A stretch of 64,000 nt of DNA from Schmidtea polychroa (GCA_044892525.1 CM097885.1:204724001-204788000); one strand, 5' to 3'. Shown: positions 50,216 to 64,000, counted from the stretch's first letter. The notes: generated from the sequence alone by a model not told the origin. Made by a program: numbers and translations.

Positions 50216-51160
50216 ATTAAAAAGTTAAATAAAATTTAGGATAATAATTCAAATAGAAAGTAAGCGAAGAAAAAAGACAAATAAAAGCGGGATCGAGCAC
50301 AGAATCAATAGTAAAGGAAAGTGTGATGGAAACAGTATTAGAAAATGCCAAAAGCAATTACGAAAGGCAAGAATCCGGAAACCCGAGAAAAATCAATAAA
50401 TGGAAAAATCATCGAAATCGAATGGGAAAAACGGGACAGGTATAGATTAGCTAATGGTCAACAAGATGATGGTTCGGGATTTATCAGAAAATGGTTAGGA
50501 AGGGTCGAAAAACATTCAAATGTATGAAAACAGAAAACGTTAATTAATTAATTAATTGGCTAATGGAAAACCCGAGCTAATTGGAAACCCGATCCAATGG
50601 AGAACCCGAGAGATAAAGGAAACCCGAGCTGGGTAAACAAGAAGAAAAGCAAACAAAAGGAAGATTTGGGCCCATTAGCTTGACACAATGATTAATGGGA
50701 AAAGAGTGAGGAGAAGATAGAGCGCGTAGGAAGACCGGTAGGGCCATTAATTATCTGGATTCGTTGGACCATTATGGGTGACAGCCGAAGCAAATACGTA
50801 GGAGCAAATGTCAAACGAAAGATTGGCTCGCCAATAACCATTTGTCATCCTGATTTCGAGGAGTATATAAGCAAAGGGAAAATCAGAGAAAATCGGCATT
50901 TTGCCTCAGCTAGGGTTCGAAGAATCAGAGTGTAGGAAAAGTTGGTAACGAATTAGGGAAAGTAGGGAAATGAAGAAATAGAATTAAGAGTACGGAAAGG
51001 TGAAAAGGAATCAAACCAAACAGAAACCGGGGAAAACGAGAGTCAAGAGAATCTGAAGGATTAAAAGGTGAATATTATTTGTTTGTAAAGCATCAACGCC
51101 GAGCGGAGAATCGTATAAAACTTTGATCAGTAATTGTAGCGTGGGTAGTTCATTGTTTTG
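50216..51160 (+). mobile_element. LTR-like purine-rich segment between gaps
   Basis: Short internal repeats (AACCCGAG), GTATATAAG at about 50863 and no ORF. Ends not defined. Confidence 0.3.
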
Positions 51161-51506
51161 ATTTAAAGAACACTAGGAGTCAGAGAGAACCGACTTGNNN
51201 NNNNNNNNNNNNNNNNNNNNNNNNNNNNNNNNNNNNNNNNNNNNNNNNNNNNNNNNNNNNNNNNNNNNNNNNNNNNNNNNNNNNNNNNNNNNNNNNNNNN
51301 NNNNNNNNNNNNNNNNNNNNNNNNNNNNNNNNNNNNNNNNNNNNNNNNNNNNNNNNNNNNNNNNNNNNNNNNNNNNAATGAAAATAAATTATATGTTAAA
51401 AGAAAAAAAAACAGATCAGAAATGAACAAAAATATTTTTTGTTGATCCATTTTGCCGATTAATTTTACATTTTTGAAGATGTCAATTCATTTGCACTTAT
51501 TTTGTG

Positions 51507-51770
51507 TATAATGTCCATGATCGCGTCGCAGAGTGTTTACCGCAAAAGAATAATTCCGTAGAAGCATGGCATAGATTGGCATCTAACTCGTTGGACAGTT
51601 TTGTAAAGAACAGGATAAAGTTGTAATCGACATCATTCGTTTCCAGGCTGGAAAAAAAAACAATCGGAACCATTGAAGGCGAAATAACTGTAACTGGAAC
51701 GATGTCTTCGTATACTCGTTCCAACTTACAATGAATTAGAATGTCTCGATTATTTTCGTGATATTATTTA
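51507..51770 (+). mobile_element. MULE transposase C-terminal remnant
   Basis: YNVHDRVAECLPQKNNSVEAWHR matches the MULE RTNNxxEAWH motif; LVPTYNELECLDYFRDI follows. Confidence 0.7.
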
Positions 51771-54339
51771 TGGCGGGTCCCAGAATACAAAGGTTTACTT
51801 TAACATGCGACACCCGTTGAATGATCAACGTAGGAACTTTGTCGGATGGGTGAACACTCGTGAAAAAAGAGCGTACCTTTGTATTCTATAACCGTCTAGT
51901 ATAAAAGTGGATTCGGTGACTACTGTTAGAAGGTTTATGTCCGATTTAAATTTAGGTCCTGATTTTCATAAGTTCGTTGAATTCGAAATGCACAAATCCA
52001 AGACATGCTAATTATTATTTATCACTACAAAATACTACACGACAGTTCCATAGATATTCCATGTATTTGACGGTCTTTCGCGTGTCTTCGGTGTGAGCGT
52101 CCTGCAGCTCCTGACGCAAGATACAAATCTGCTGTTCCATTAGACATTAAGGAAAGTTAAACAGAACTCCATATTCTGAAATAATTGACGAAGGTGGTTA
52201 TTATTATATAATTTCTAACGAAAGCGAGAAGACTCCTATTTCTTATTGGCGTTAAAGTACTTTTTGAATGACCCAGGAGACGGGCTTTTTTACGTGCTCG
52301 GTGTCTCGCACATTCACGTTTGCCCGGTTTACATCATTTACTTGGAGCTGATACTCATTGCTCGCTCATTGGCATTGACTCAGTGAATTCTGATATCGTG
52401 AGAAGTTCGATCGATCTGGGAGGGACAATTTGGCTGGTCAAATAGCTGTCTACTTTCTGTTGGCTGAGTTGGGTCTCTAGTAGTTTTATCTTAATTTTTA
52501 CCGCTTTCATCTTCACCTGATCTGGGGCATTCTGCACCTGTTACAAGTGCTGCATTTACCTCTTCATACCTTCACGTCGGAACCAGGAGTGCTCTATCTC
52601 CCTGCACAGACCCCGATACTTTTCCACCCGCACCCTGAATGTTTCCATCATTTGAGTGGCAGTATCTCGATCTGTCATCACGCTCTCTAATAATCCCGAT
52701 CACTGAAAAATAATAAGTTTATTCGTAAGAAAACACACTTATTGCCTGCAGTAAATATAGAGTTTAGTTTATTCTTTATGACGATTAATATTTTAGGGAC
52801 CCAATTTCGGACCCTACTCTATGACTAATAGAGTTAACCACATCATTCAGCATTCCCTTCAAAAACCCAGGTCGCCACTCAGCACTCCGCATCTCAAAAC
52901 AATTAATTACAAAAGAAAATCAAATGTTGTATTAACTAATAAAGAAAAACAGTTTTCAAGGATTTCAATATTGTCGCCTCATTTGGGCGAACAAGTCCTA
53001 TTCTGTTGCCATTAGAACTCCTTCATTCGCCAGTTTACTTGTTCAATGATCTCGATCTCCTGTTCCACATTTTGAAGGAGGTCTGCTCTCTGCGCCGGGA
53101 CCTCATAGTACTGACTTCCCTAAACTGTGCTGGAAATTTAGATCATTTTGGATCTTTTTTTCCACATGTTGTAAGGTTTCGATTGAATTTTTGACCGTTC
53201 ACTCGAACCTTGTGTGATTGAGTACTGACTCATGATTAAGGATCACCATTTGGATGTGTTCATTTGACCTTGAGCGGCTTTGGTCATTAGCATGGTGATT
53301 CGTTGCATCAATCCTGCACCCCTTGGTTCATGTGTCGATTCTCGTCGTTGCCGAATCCTTTCGCCTCACTATTGTTTGCCGTTTTCCAGATTATTCATTT
53401 CTGAAAATTTTGAAGAAACGACAGATTATTAACTCATTCATACATTCATATATTCATTCATACAACCATCCATAACTCAAACAATCGCGCACCTTATCCC
53501 CATAACCGTATCGACCAACCTCTTTCAATTATTCCCTCGGATTCATATACTTCCTTAGGTTCCCAATAAAAGGACTATTTACTAAAAAATGTCTTTGGCC
53601 GAAAAAAAGAAAATCTGCTACTGTTTATAAGAAATTAAAACAGCAACCTCTTTGGTATTTTGATGGGTAGGACGGCCCGAACACATGGGAGTTTCCTTCG
53701 GTTATCTCTTATTGGCTTTCGACCACAACCATTTTATCAATTGACAAAGTGGATTTTGTATAAATACCTTGTTAATTTTTTAGTTTATAGAATATGATTG
53801 AAGAAAAGTAAAATCAATCTGGGAGAATCTTACTCGGCTCCATAAGACAAATTAGGCCGTAGGATTAATTAGGAGATGCTCTTCCATCGTAACGTCGCGT
53901 GTGCAGTTTCAGTTAGATCGAAAAATGTAGAACTCATCAAAATTCTGTTTTATCGTGGTAAATCGGTTCTCCTTTTACAATTCCAAGAGTCTGTTACCGT
54001 AAAGAGCTCACTATGCATGGTTAATCAAATCATTAATCTTCTGCTACTTGTTCTTTTAATGTTGCTAGAGGATTGTTAACTACCACTGATTTCCGTTTGT
54101 AAATATCCAGCATATAACTTTATAGATTGCGTGATATTTGTACGCATTTCGATAGCAACCCACTTAAATTTCGGCAACAAATCAGTTTTTGCCCAAGGCT
54201 TGCAACTGATAATTTAATGGATTAATAAGAACATTTTTCTCTATGAGTAAATAAAAAGTAGTTTTCGTTAACTTTAAATACAATGTTTAATAAAACATTA
54301 GACATCGTACACATTATACTTATGATGATGATTTGTTAG

Positions 54340-55135
54340 TAGCATTAATTAAATGTTAAACAAACAAATGATAAAATAAGTATTTTGCTGCAAAGTATAT
54401 ATTCAATAAAATGAAATAATTTTCGATTATAAAAATAATCCTTGTCAGTTTATAGATCAAGAAATATATATATATATATATATATATACCTTAGAAACGT
54501 ACCTCCAAAAGAATGCAACCGTGTTTGTGTGGATTGCACATGTGATCATTCAACTATTACTAGACGGACAATATCTGATCGTAAATTTCTGATTATTGTT
54601 GCCAGAAACTATGCAAAATCACTCACGTATTTCGAACTTCTTTACGACGGTGGATCTATCAATGCTGAGAGATACCTAAATGTCGGCAGAATATGATTTC
54701 AAACTTTCAAACAATACTAACTGCTTGGTAAATGGTCATTCAGCATGACAATACCAGACCTCACGTAGCACAGTTAATTCAACTTTGACTTGAAGAACAC
54801 CGTGTGTCTATATTAAAACAGCCGACCTACTCACCCGACACAAACCTCATGGAATGCTTTATCTTCAAGAAGTACGAGTGCTATCAACGTGGAAAAAAAC
54901 TTCAGTAATTCAGGAGAGCAACAATTTCCCCAATATTTGAAGTCAACATTGGAGGCCAATTCACAAGCGAGTTTCAAAATTTTACACGTCACCTCATTGT
55001 CATTGAAGCTGATGGAGACTATGTCTAGGCTGTGATATAAGATTTCATCAACGTAGAAAAACGAAATATTTTTCTCAGCCCCTATACTTTGCAGCAAAAG
55101 GCTTATATTGTTATTTGCTTGTTTAATAATGAACT
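54340..55135 (+). mobile_element. Tc1/mariner deletion derivative whose TIRs are related to the foldback MITE
   Basis: IQHDNTRPHVAQ..LKQPTYSPDTNL. Inverted ends (..TTTTGCTGCAAAGTATA / TATACTTTGCAGCAAAAG..) are homologous to the 42817 arms. Confidence 0.7.
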
Positions 55136-55577
55136 AATAGTTTGCAAAATTTATTTTTTCTGAAAAATCTTTTTTAAATACTACGAAGCAGTTTTGTCTT
55201 CGACTATTTTGATGTTGTACATGAGGCTTCTTGTGATTCTTACAAAGATATAATTCCAAAGATATAAGGTGTATCACCTTACGAAATCCAACCAATTTTA
55301 TACCATTCAATATTTGTAATATATCATGCTCGCAAAAACGAATATTCATGATCTAATTATTTGTTGAATGATCTGATCTCGAATTGCGAATACGATATTA
55401 CAAACTTGATACTGCAAAGGGTATCAGTCAAATTTAACAACATCAAATTCAGTTACAATTAATCAAAATAGGCTATTAAAAAGTTTTCTGAACTCCAATT
55501 CGAAAGAGGAAAAAGAAAAATTAAGTCAAATATTCGGTTTGCTATATTCTAATTTGTACACATCACTCGATTAATTT

Positions 55578-55817
55578 GGCGACGCTCTGATATGGGTCAC
55601 CCGATTTTCAAAAAAATATTTATGAAAATATTTATGGCCTAAAATCGCATTTGACCTTAAGTTTTGACCTTAAAATGACCTACTGAGCAGTACCTTTGTG
55701 AGCGGTACATTAGTGGCCTTTACCCTTAGGGGAACAGAATATCTTGTCGGATAATTTTAATTTAATTTTAATTAAATATTTTTTTGAAAATCGGGTGACC
55801 CATATCAGAGCGTCGCC
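55578..55817. mobile_element. Merlin-like MITE
   Basis: About 45-bp TIRs GGCGACGCTCTGATATGGGTCACCCGATTTTCAAAAAAA, with 8-bp TSD ATTAATTT. Confidence 0.8.
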
Positions 55818-57774
55818 ATTAATTTAATTAATTTAATTAAAGGTTTTTTAATTTATGTAAGATTTTCTATGAATTTATCTTTTCTTTTTACTTTCTGGGG
55901 CTGCTGTTGTTCGGATATTCTCTTGAATCAAATTTTTCATCATCGTTTACTATATATCTAACGTCCTTAATTTTAAACCTACAGTTTCTTGACCCTCTTC
56001 CAAATAATATTAATAAATATCATAATAAAAATGATTCATTATAAAATAACTATAATAAAGACATAATGATTTTGATATCGATATTTTCAACAGACATTTT
56101 ACAATTTTACATTCAACATTCTCATGCATAATTTGAAACTGAGGTTCATGTTTAAAATGTTAAATAGTGATTTTTATTTTAAATTCCTTCTATATAAATA
56201 TGAAATAACTTTTAAATAACATTTTTAAATGTTTAATTGCAATTAGGGAGGCCGTTTTTACATATAGCCGTAAATTGATATTCAAATAGAATTAAGGATT
56301 ATAAATAATTATTTTTAATCAAAATCTTCAATCTTTCCAAACGAATTTCTTTCTCTTTAATGTTTATGTTGATATTTGAGTCTTAGCAGTCGCCCATATT
56401 ATTAGCTGCAACTCCTTATTTATGTAATAATAATTTTGCAATTTTATCATTTCATTTTATAAAACCAATCAAACGTAAACTTTCGGATATCAATTATTCG
56501 ACAAATATTTTGAGAACTAGAAAACAATTCCAGTATAATTATTGTAGATTTTGACATTAAAAGTGAGAGGAATGAAGAATTTGTAAAATCTTTTTCTAAT
56601 TGAAATTATCCGTGAAACCCATATTAACAATACTGTTTTATTTTAATAATTTAATTTTAGCAAAAATTACTTTTATTTAATCTATCTACATAAAAAGCAA
56701 CAGGTTGACATAAATCAGGAAATAAAATAACAGGAACAATTTTATATAGCATGCAATGGTCAAAAATAAATTAATTTGATAAATATTATTTAAATATTTT
56801 TATTATAATAATACTATTGATAAGGGCTATCTTATAATCGAAAATTTTTTCATTTGTATTAAATATATTATTCCTAGCAAAAGGCTTANNNNNNNNNNNN
56901 NNNNNNNNNNNNNNNNNNNNNNNNNNNNNNNNNNNNNNNNNNNNNNNNNNNNNNNNNNNNNNNNNNNNNNNNNNNNNNNNNNNNNNNNNNNNNNNNNNNN
57001 NNNNNNNNNNNNNNNNNNNNNNNNTGTGTGACCAGTACCCTTGCGACTAATACCTATAAGGGGACAAAATATCTTGTCGGATAAACTTTTTTTTAATATT
57101 TATATATATTATTTATATATATTTTTTATGTTTTTATATTTTTTTAAATATATATAAGATATAATATTTTTTTAGGCAAAATAATTGTTATTTTAAAAAA
57201 TAATAATTATTTTGGTATTTTTATTAGGCATAACATATATTTTTAAAATATTTTTTTATTTTTAAAGAATTTGACTGATCTCTATGGTGTTTTCAGCATT
57301 TCTTTTAATTCTTTTTTTTAATTTAAATATTATATTTTATTTACTGTGTGAACAGTGTATCAAGTTCTAATTTCTGTATGTTATTATTACAGCAGATTTG
57401 TATATGCATCTAATTATTACGCAGAATTCCGAATTTCAATGAACTTATTTTTTACATTTTTTATATAAGTAACATTTTTATACATGAAACATATTTACAA
57501 TATCATCTCTCATTTTGATTTTTTTGTAATTAATTTCGATATTTCTTCAGAAAGTTCAGTAAATTGTTTGGTTACTGCATAAACTTACGAAATTAAAACT
57601 ATCTGCAAAATATTTCGGTGTGATCTAGTGAAGAAATTCTTATTTATTCTTTCTGTAATTATTCTCAGAGTAAAAAATTACAGACATAAATAACTAATGT
57701 TTAAAATTAAAAATTTAAGGGTATGTATTACTTTTATTTTAATAAATTTAAATAGAATTTAAATACAAATAAAA

Positions 57775-58105
57775 TTCTCTTAGATCACCTTCCTTACAGT
57801 CCCAATCTTGCTTCCAGCGACTTTTATCTATTAGACATATGAAGAAATATTTGCGAGGGAAAACCTACCAAAATATTACAGATTTGCAACTGGATGTAGT
57901 ACTTTTCTTTAAAAATCAAAGCACAGTTTTCTTCAAAAACACCTTTTTGGAACTCTTGTATCGCTGGAAGAAGTATGTGAACCTTAATGGGTCTTATATC
58001 AAAAAGTAAACCTTAAAAACTCTTGTTGTTTTTATGTTAAAATATGCCTTTCCTGTTGATTTCTATTAACACCTATCCCGGGCTTTTATTGAACGCACTA
58101 CATAT
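57775..58105 (+). mobile_element. mariner transposase C-terminal remnant
   Basis: LDHLPYSPNLASSDFYLFRHMKKYLRGK...RWKKYVNLNGSY. Confidence 0.85.
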
Positions 58106-58428
58106 TTATCTGTATTATCAGAATCAAAAAGGCATTTTGTTTCATATTCTTTTGTTTGAACATCAATTTAATTGTTTTCAAAATGGTATGTACGGACACT
58201 TTATTTACCCAATGAACTAAACATTACTAAAAGATAAATTATACAATGGTTAGTCGAATCAAAAAGATACGTCTATCATTAAAAATAATAAAGTTGAAGA
58301 TAAACAAAATATGTGAAATCTTAAATCAACAAAACAACTCACAGAGAACTTACAGAAATGAATTTAATGCAGTGATTGCATTTGATTGTAAAGAAAATGA
58401 ACATTTCATTTGGATCATTTGAATCATT

Positions 58429-59342
58429 TGTAATTATAAAATAATTATATTAAAGAATAAAAAGGAAAAATTATAATTATGTTGAGGATACCTAAACAAT
58501 AAATAATATTATAAATAATTAGAATAATTTGGGGCCGATAGGGTAATTGGGTTAGCACTCTGAAACTTGGAGAAGAAAACAGAAAAGCAAAAAATTGAGA
58601 AATGAGGAAAGCATAACAAAACATAAGAAATACAACAATAAAGCGGAGAAAGGTCACTTATAATTAATAAGTGCAAGAAAGCAAAAAGGAATTCCAAAAT
58701 TGGAAAACAAAAACAAAATCGGCATCTCCGAAATTTCAGATATAACGTAGGAAATAGTAAAAAATGGAAAATGCCATAACCAGAAATGGAAAAAAATGAC
58801 AAATTATCCCGAATGCCGAACTATCAGTAAAAAACACAGGAAATGTACAAATTATGGAGAGATAGGAATAAAAAAAATAAATTATCACAAGTGTCAGACA
58901 AGTGCGGACTATAAAAGCAAAAGTCTTCTTAATGGAATCAGAAATTAGTGGTCGAAGGAAAAATTAAAAAGATAGTCGAGAAATAATTCAGAATTAGAGA
59001 AAATTAGAGAAATTAAAAGTAAGAAATTTGAAATTTGAAAGAAGAGAAAATATTGGAAATAAACGCTGCAATAAAATTTGAGTTTAATTTACTAAATTAT
59101 TGGGTCAGATCAGCGGCTGGTGATTGTTCAATAATTGGGAATTATACGAGTAGATCTATTCCTCTTTTAGTGTCGTAATAAGCTCTGTGTAATTACCTAT
59201 TTGAGTATTGAATCAATCGTGTTGTTATAATTCGTGTAATCAATTCTGATAATCAATAAAGGTTTATATTGTCTAAGAATTGTTATTTTGTGGATCAAAT
59301 AAAGCACGCTTTGGAGTCAGAGACTTTTAAATATTACCACCA
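58429..59342 (+). mobile_element. Solo-LTR-like sequence
   Basis: TGTAA...CA ends, CTATAAAAG at about 58909 and AATAAA near the 3' end. No TSD found. Confidence 0.35.
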
Positions 59343-62329
59343 ACTCAATAACCCAACAGTTAGAGAAATAAAGTGACTTAGATTTAAATGAATTGTGAAT
59401 AAAAAAATAAAATTAGATTTTAAATAATCGTAAATTTAACTTTAAACAAGTATATGAAAAGATAAACATTTTGCTGCAAAGTATTTTGAATAAAATGAAA
59501 AGATTTTCGATTATGAAAACAGTCCTTGTTATATTATATTATCATTTACTTGTTTAACATATTATTAATATTGTATTATCATTACTCATTAATTTAAAAT
59601 TGTTTTATGTCTTCATATTATCATTTGTCTCTGGTTAACAATTCCCCCCTCCCGAAAAATATTGATTTTAACTTTTTGAATTTTTAATTAATTTCTAATT
59701 AATTTGTAATAATTTCCAGTTTTTCATTTTATATATTTTGCATATATTTATATATTTTGCAGCATTACTCTTGTCACTGTGTTTCTACTTTTGACTACTT
59801 TCATTTTATAATGAATAATAGAAGTTTTAAAATATATTCTTTAATAACATAATTATTGAAAAATGAAGCCCGGCTCGAAAAACGCTTCTAGCGCCATCCC
59901 CTTCCGTTTTGCGAGCATCGGGAAATTTCTAACAAGTCCCACAGTATCCTTAAATTTGATTTGAACTTGTAAGCTTCTTATAACTTTCTAATATTATTTT
60001 AGTATTAAAAATAAAAAAATTATAACTATTTAGAAAATAATAGTTAAAACATTTTCATTTAAATGACTTATTCCTCCTTTAATTTCACTCTTATTTTAAG
60101 AATAGGGATAATCTGGAATTATTATAAGTTGAAAAATAAGTCTTTGGTAACTCAAAATTTCACTAGAGTAAAAAGAGTGGATTCCATCAATATTTATGAG
60201 GATTCTGTGCAATAAAGTTCCGCGAGAAACAATAGAAAAATCCCAAAAAATATCATTTAGCAGAACTGGTATTATTCTTGTATCAATCATCTAAAATCAA
60301 ATCTGACAGATTTAAAAAAAAATCAATTAACCTTGTAAATTAATTATTATTGATTTACTACTGTCAAAAACAAGTAGAATGTAAATCAATCTAATCTGTC
60401 AGTGAAAATTCAAAACGTTGCACTGAAACTCTAGAAATGAATTCATCATTTATCTTGTAATCAGTCTGCATTTCCTCAATCGATCGATTTTTTTGATGGA
60501 GAAATGTTGAGTCTAGTTGGATGAATAAATCGTATGGTATAATTAGTGGAAGAAAATGGAGTCCATTAAAAGAGGTAGCTAGAGAAGTGACTAAATCAAA
60601 GATATAGGTTACATTGCCATAAGTAACAGTTTGTATGTAATCTCGTGTGTAATTGCTGTGTCTCTACTGTTTGTGTGTATCGCCATTTGTGTATCAGTCT
60701 GTTGTTTTTGCTTCGGTATTTATTCGACGTTCGGTGTCGCGATATAGTCTAAAAATAAATTCCATGACTAATCGGCAATCAAAATAATCATTAATAAATA
60801 ATCGTGTTTTACTTTCTAACTATTGAAATCTTTGTAAATTTTCATCAGTCAATCCCGCAGCAAATATTTTCTGTTTAATCCATCCGTCGAGGAATTATCG
60901 TGTAACAGGTAAGGTGTTTTTATTTGTGTTGTTTTTATTTTGTTTTTCATTTGGATTTTATCATGGGCCCCTTTTGATAAATCAGATTTTATTTACTGGA
61001 AACGGTTTAGGGACTCATTTATTAAAAATGGAATGAATATTGTGTTGATTTTCATGGTTAATAGATATGGTTGAGTGCTGGCACGCGATGTGGGTGAATT
61101 TATATTCATCAAAAGGTTTTTGATTTTGAATTTTATTGATTGAGTTTGTATGTAGCATTAAAGATTAATCATACAAAATTAATATTATAATTAATTATTA
61201 ATAATAATCCTATTTGCTTATTTTTAAAAGGTTTTCAATATCATAAAATAAATATGTTGATTTCTTATATTAATTGTGTTTTAATTGATTATTAATAAAA
61301 TATTCAGTTTTTAAATTGAAATGTTAGGATTTGCAAAGAACTCCATTTGGGTAGAATGGTTCCTTGATTGAAACATTTAGAAATTTATAGTTAATTATGA
61401 AATTTAATTAATAATTTTTTCATTTATTAAATTGTAAAAAAAATTCAAATTGAAACTTTATCGAGTTTACAATATTTAATATAATATATTTCTAATTTTA
61501 TGTCAAAAAAAATAAATTTAATTAAATACATAGACTTATAATATAATAAAATAAAATTTTATGGCTGATTATGACAAGCTTAAAATATTATATACATAAA
61601 ATATCAAAACATTTAATTATTTAATATTAATTTTTTAGGCTTTAAAATTTTTTATATTTCTATCTACAATTTAATTGATAAGTATTTTTTTAATTAGTAG
61701 TATATTATTTAAATGATCATTATATATTGGTTAGTATTCATTTATTCAGTAAATTAATTAAATGATTAATGTTTTGTTAAGATTTTATTTAATATTATCA
61801 TGACGTTAAATTTGATCAGTATATAGTCCATAAATAGTTAACAAATGAAAACTTTTCGGCTTTTTATTTAGCTAAATGATCTAAAGAAAAACAACAATTA
61901 CATCTAAAATACTCGAAGATTCTGCAGAGTATTTTGTGCCAGCACAAGAAGCAACCAATGATACATATGAGCAAATAATAAATATTACTGAGATCCATTG
62001 AATACCTTTGATCACTTTATAAGAAGATTGCAACTCTTCCAAAAAATTGTTATAAATTGTAAGAAGAAAAATTACAGTTGAAAACATATTATTTGTTTAA
62101 TTAATTCAACTAAAGTATGGCGCCGGAAGCCCCCTATATGGTCTGATTGTTAAATAAATAGTTCATTAATTAACTTTTTTTAATAAAATTAATATTAGGT
62201 TTGTGCATAATTATTGCAGCAAATTCAACAAAAACAATAATAACATTAACTAAAAACATCTTTAAATTATTATTCCGGGGTATATTTACACTCTACTTCA
62301 TCATCTGATTGGCAGTCCGTAGATTCTAC

Positions 62330-63000
62330 GTGCGAGGAAGTTACTTTTCTTAGAGCCAATCCAATATATGATAGTGACCACGAAGTCTTCCAAGTCGTCG
62401 TAAACTTTTTTCACGATCCAAATTTTCAGCTATCGATTGACGTCCTTAAGCGCTTCTGTGGGAGAATATGGAGTATAAGGAAGCAGTTCCCAGCTTTTAT
62501 TAACGAAAGATTCGACGACACGATGTTTAACACGTGGACGTACATTATTGTGATGGAAGATGATATGGTTTTTTTTTGCTTGTTTTTTTCGTCTCGATTG
62601 CAGCGTGAATGCGGTCAAGGTGAGCCAGATAGACATCATTTTTGATAGTAAATTGTCACTTGTCGTATCTGTCTGGAATCTCCCACTCTTAACGTTCATC
62701 GACGTCATTCCACTAATAACAAATCCCATTTGAGATTATTTGCCAGTGGATAATTCCACTTAGTCCCATCAAATACACCACATTTCCTTCTTACAGTAAA
62801 CACCTTCTGATATTCTTTTGCGCAAAACACTTGGATAAACTAAACCTTTCTTTCTTTTGAAGATTTTGAAGAGAAGCGTTCCTTTGAGGAAATTTTTCAG
62901 GAACGGAGTTCGCTCGTTTTGCTCTAGCAAATAGGTGAAAGTTACAGCATGGCGGTGACTGCTACCAAGAAGTCATCACTTTATATTTTTATTACAGTTA
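62330..63000 (-). mobile_element. Degenerate mariner transposase
   Basis: IIFHHNNVRPRV..SWELLPYTPYSP corresponds to HHDNARPH..WEVLPHPPYSP. Confidence 0.8.
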
Positions 63001-64000
63001 CATACTTGAAAGAGCACTTTACTCCAGAAGGATTCATAAAAAAAGTTTAAAATATAACCTTTGTCACTCTAAATTCAACCCTGATTATATTTTAATTACA
63101 TTAATATATTATTATTTTGATTAATATTAAATTATCTAGTTTATTTTTATGGGTAAACCTTTTTGTAATATTATTAAGTAAACGCTTTGAAATTATTGAA
63201 ATTGTCGAGATAACACTGTAAATGTAGAAGCTCCAAATCTTTTCTAAATTGCAAATTTTAAATTTAAATGGAATATACAAATGGAGGATGGAGTTATCAG
63301 TAAGATATTTCCCAGTGGAGAAAATTGACAGAGTCGGAATAGAATTGAGTTAGAATAATCAATTGTGGTTGTTCAATCAGCTTGTTTTGTCGCATTTATA
63401 AAGGTGGAGAATCGGTTGTAATAATATTGAACTGATAAGTTTGATGTTGTCAAGAATTTATTACTTTTGTTATTGGAGCATGCGGGGAGTTATATCAATT
63501 ATTATTGAAATCTTAAATTACCGACAGACTCACAGTATACTTCAAATTGGCTGAAAATTTTATTTAAAAATAGCACAACTTAATAAATGCTGATTCCAAA
63601 TTATATATAAATTATGCGCGTAAACAAAAAAATAAAAATACTCTTTTATGGCATTTTCGGAATTCAATTAAACATTCTTGTTGATAAGTTTTTGCAATTT
63701 TAATAATTACTTTTTATCATATATTCGATTGAAATCCAAGTGCAAAATTGATAATTTTCTCGCTAATGGCACCGACGAGTTAATTATATTTTTATCAAGA
63801 GATTTCCCAATATCAATGAGAAATAATCTGAAATTTTAATGGATTTTATTCTATATAACTGGAATATCATCAACAAAAAATATAATCGGATATCTAAAGT
63901 ACATATAAATATATATATATATATATATAATTTAAATGTTATTTAATGGGGAAATTTTCCCCTCGTTGTAATACAGATATAGCTGATACTGTTTTCAATG

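Larger units (their letters stand above)
18061..57024. other. Scaffold gaps (N runs)
   Basis: Approximately 18061-18199, 19112-19455, 20470-20605, 22367-22522, 42635-42797, 43866-44020, 44207-44418, 48482-48802, 50036-50215, 51198-51377 and 56889-57024. Confidence 0.95.

Noticed and set aside
18033-51450. ORF-track entries made largely of X
   Set aside because: These are artefacts of reading through N-gaps. Only 20450-20800 and 22328-22666 contain real (npy) coding sequence.
1-64000. CRISPR arrays, rRNA, tRNA genes, SL RNA gene, telomeric repeats
   Set aside because: None seen. The repeats are microsatellites, TIRs and LTRs, and the only SL match is not followed by a GT donor or Sm site.

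Overview
Very AT-rich eukaryotic scaffold with 11 N-gaps. It is most likely from a triclad planarian: 8839-8872 (-) matches the planarian spliced leader as I recall it (...ACGGTCTTATCGAAATCTATATAAATCTTATATG) at 32 of 34 nt, and a flatworm-type NPY/NPF gene is present. Host genes recognised are two exons of METTL17/RSM22 (-), an NPY-family neuropeptide precursor (+; mature DSKPLFNNAKQLLWYLQKLDKMYAIAGRPRY-amide), and a two-exon 90-aa secreted precursor missed by the ORF track (-, 15933-16300) that ends in a 42-aa, six-Cys peptide with 12 Lys/Arg and no acidic residues. Pseudogenes are an SL-carrying retrocopy of a STARD3/MENTAL-domain mRNA inserted in a hAT transposase, and a deleted HSP90 fragment. 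The rest is nested transposons: hAT, pogo/Tigger, Tc1/mariner, piggyBac, Merlin-like, MULE, Helitron, Ty3/Gypsy and BEL/Pao. One Penelope-like element has an intact RT+GIY-YIG ORF and three minimal hammerhead ribozyme motifs. All assignments come from manual translation and recalled motifs; no database search was run.
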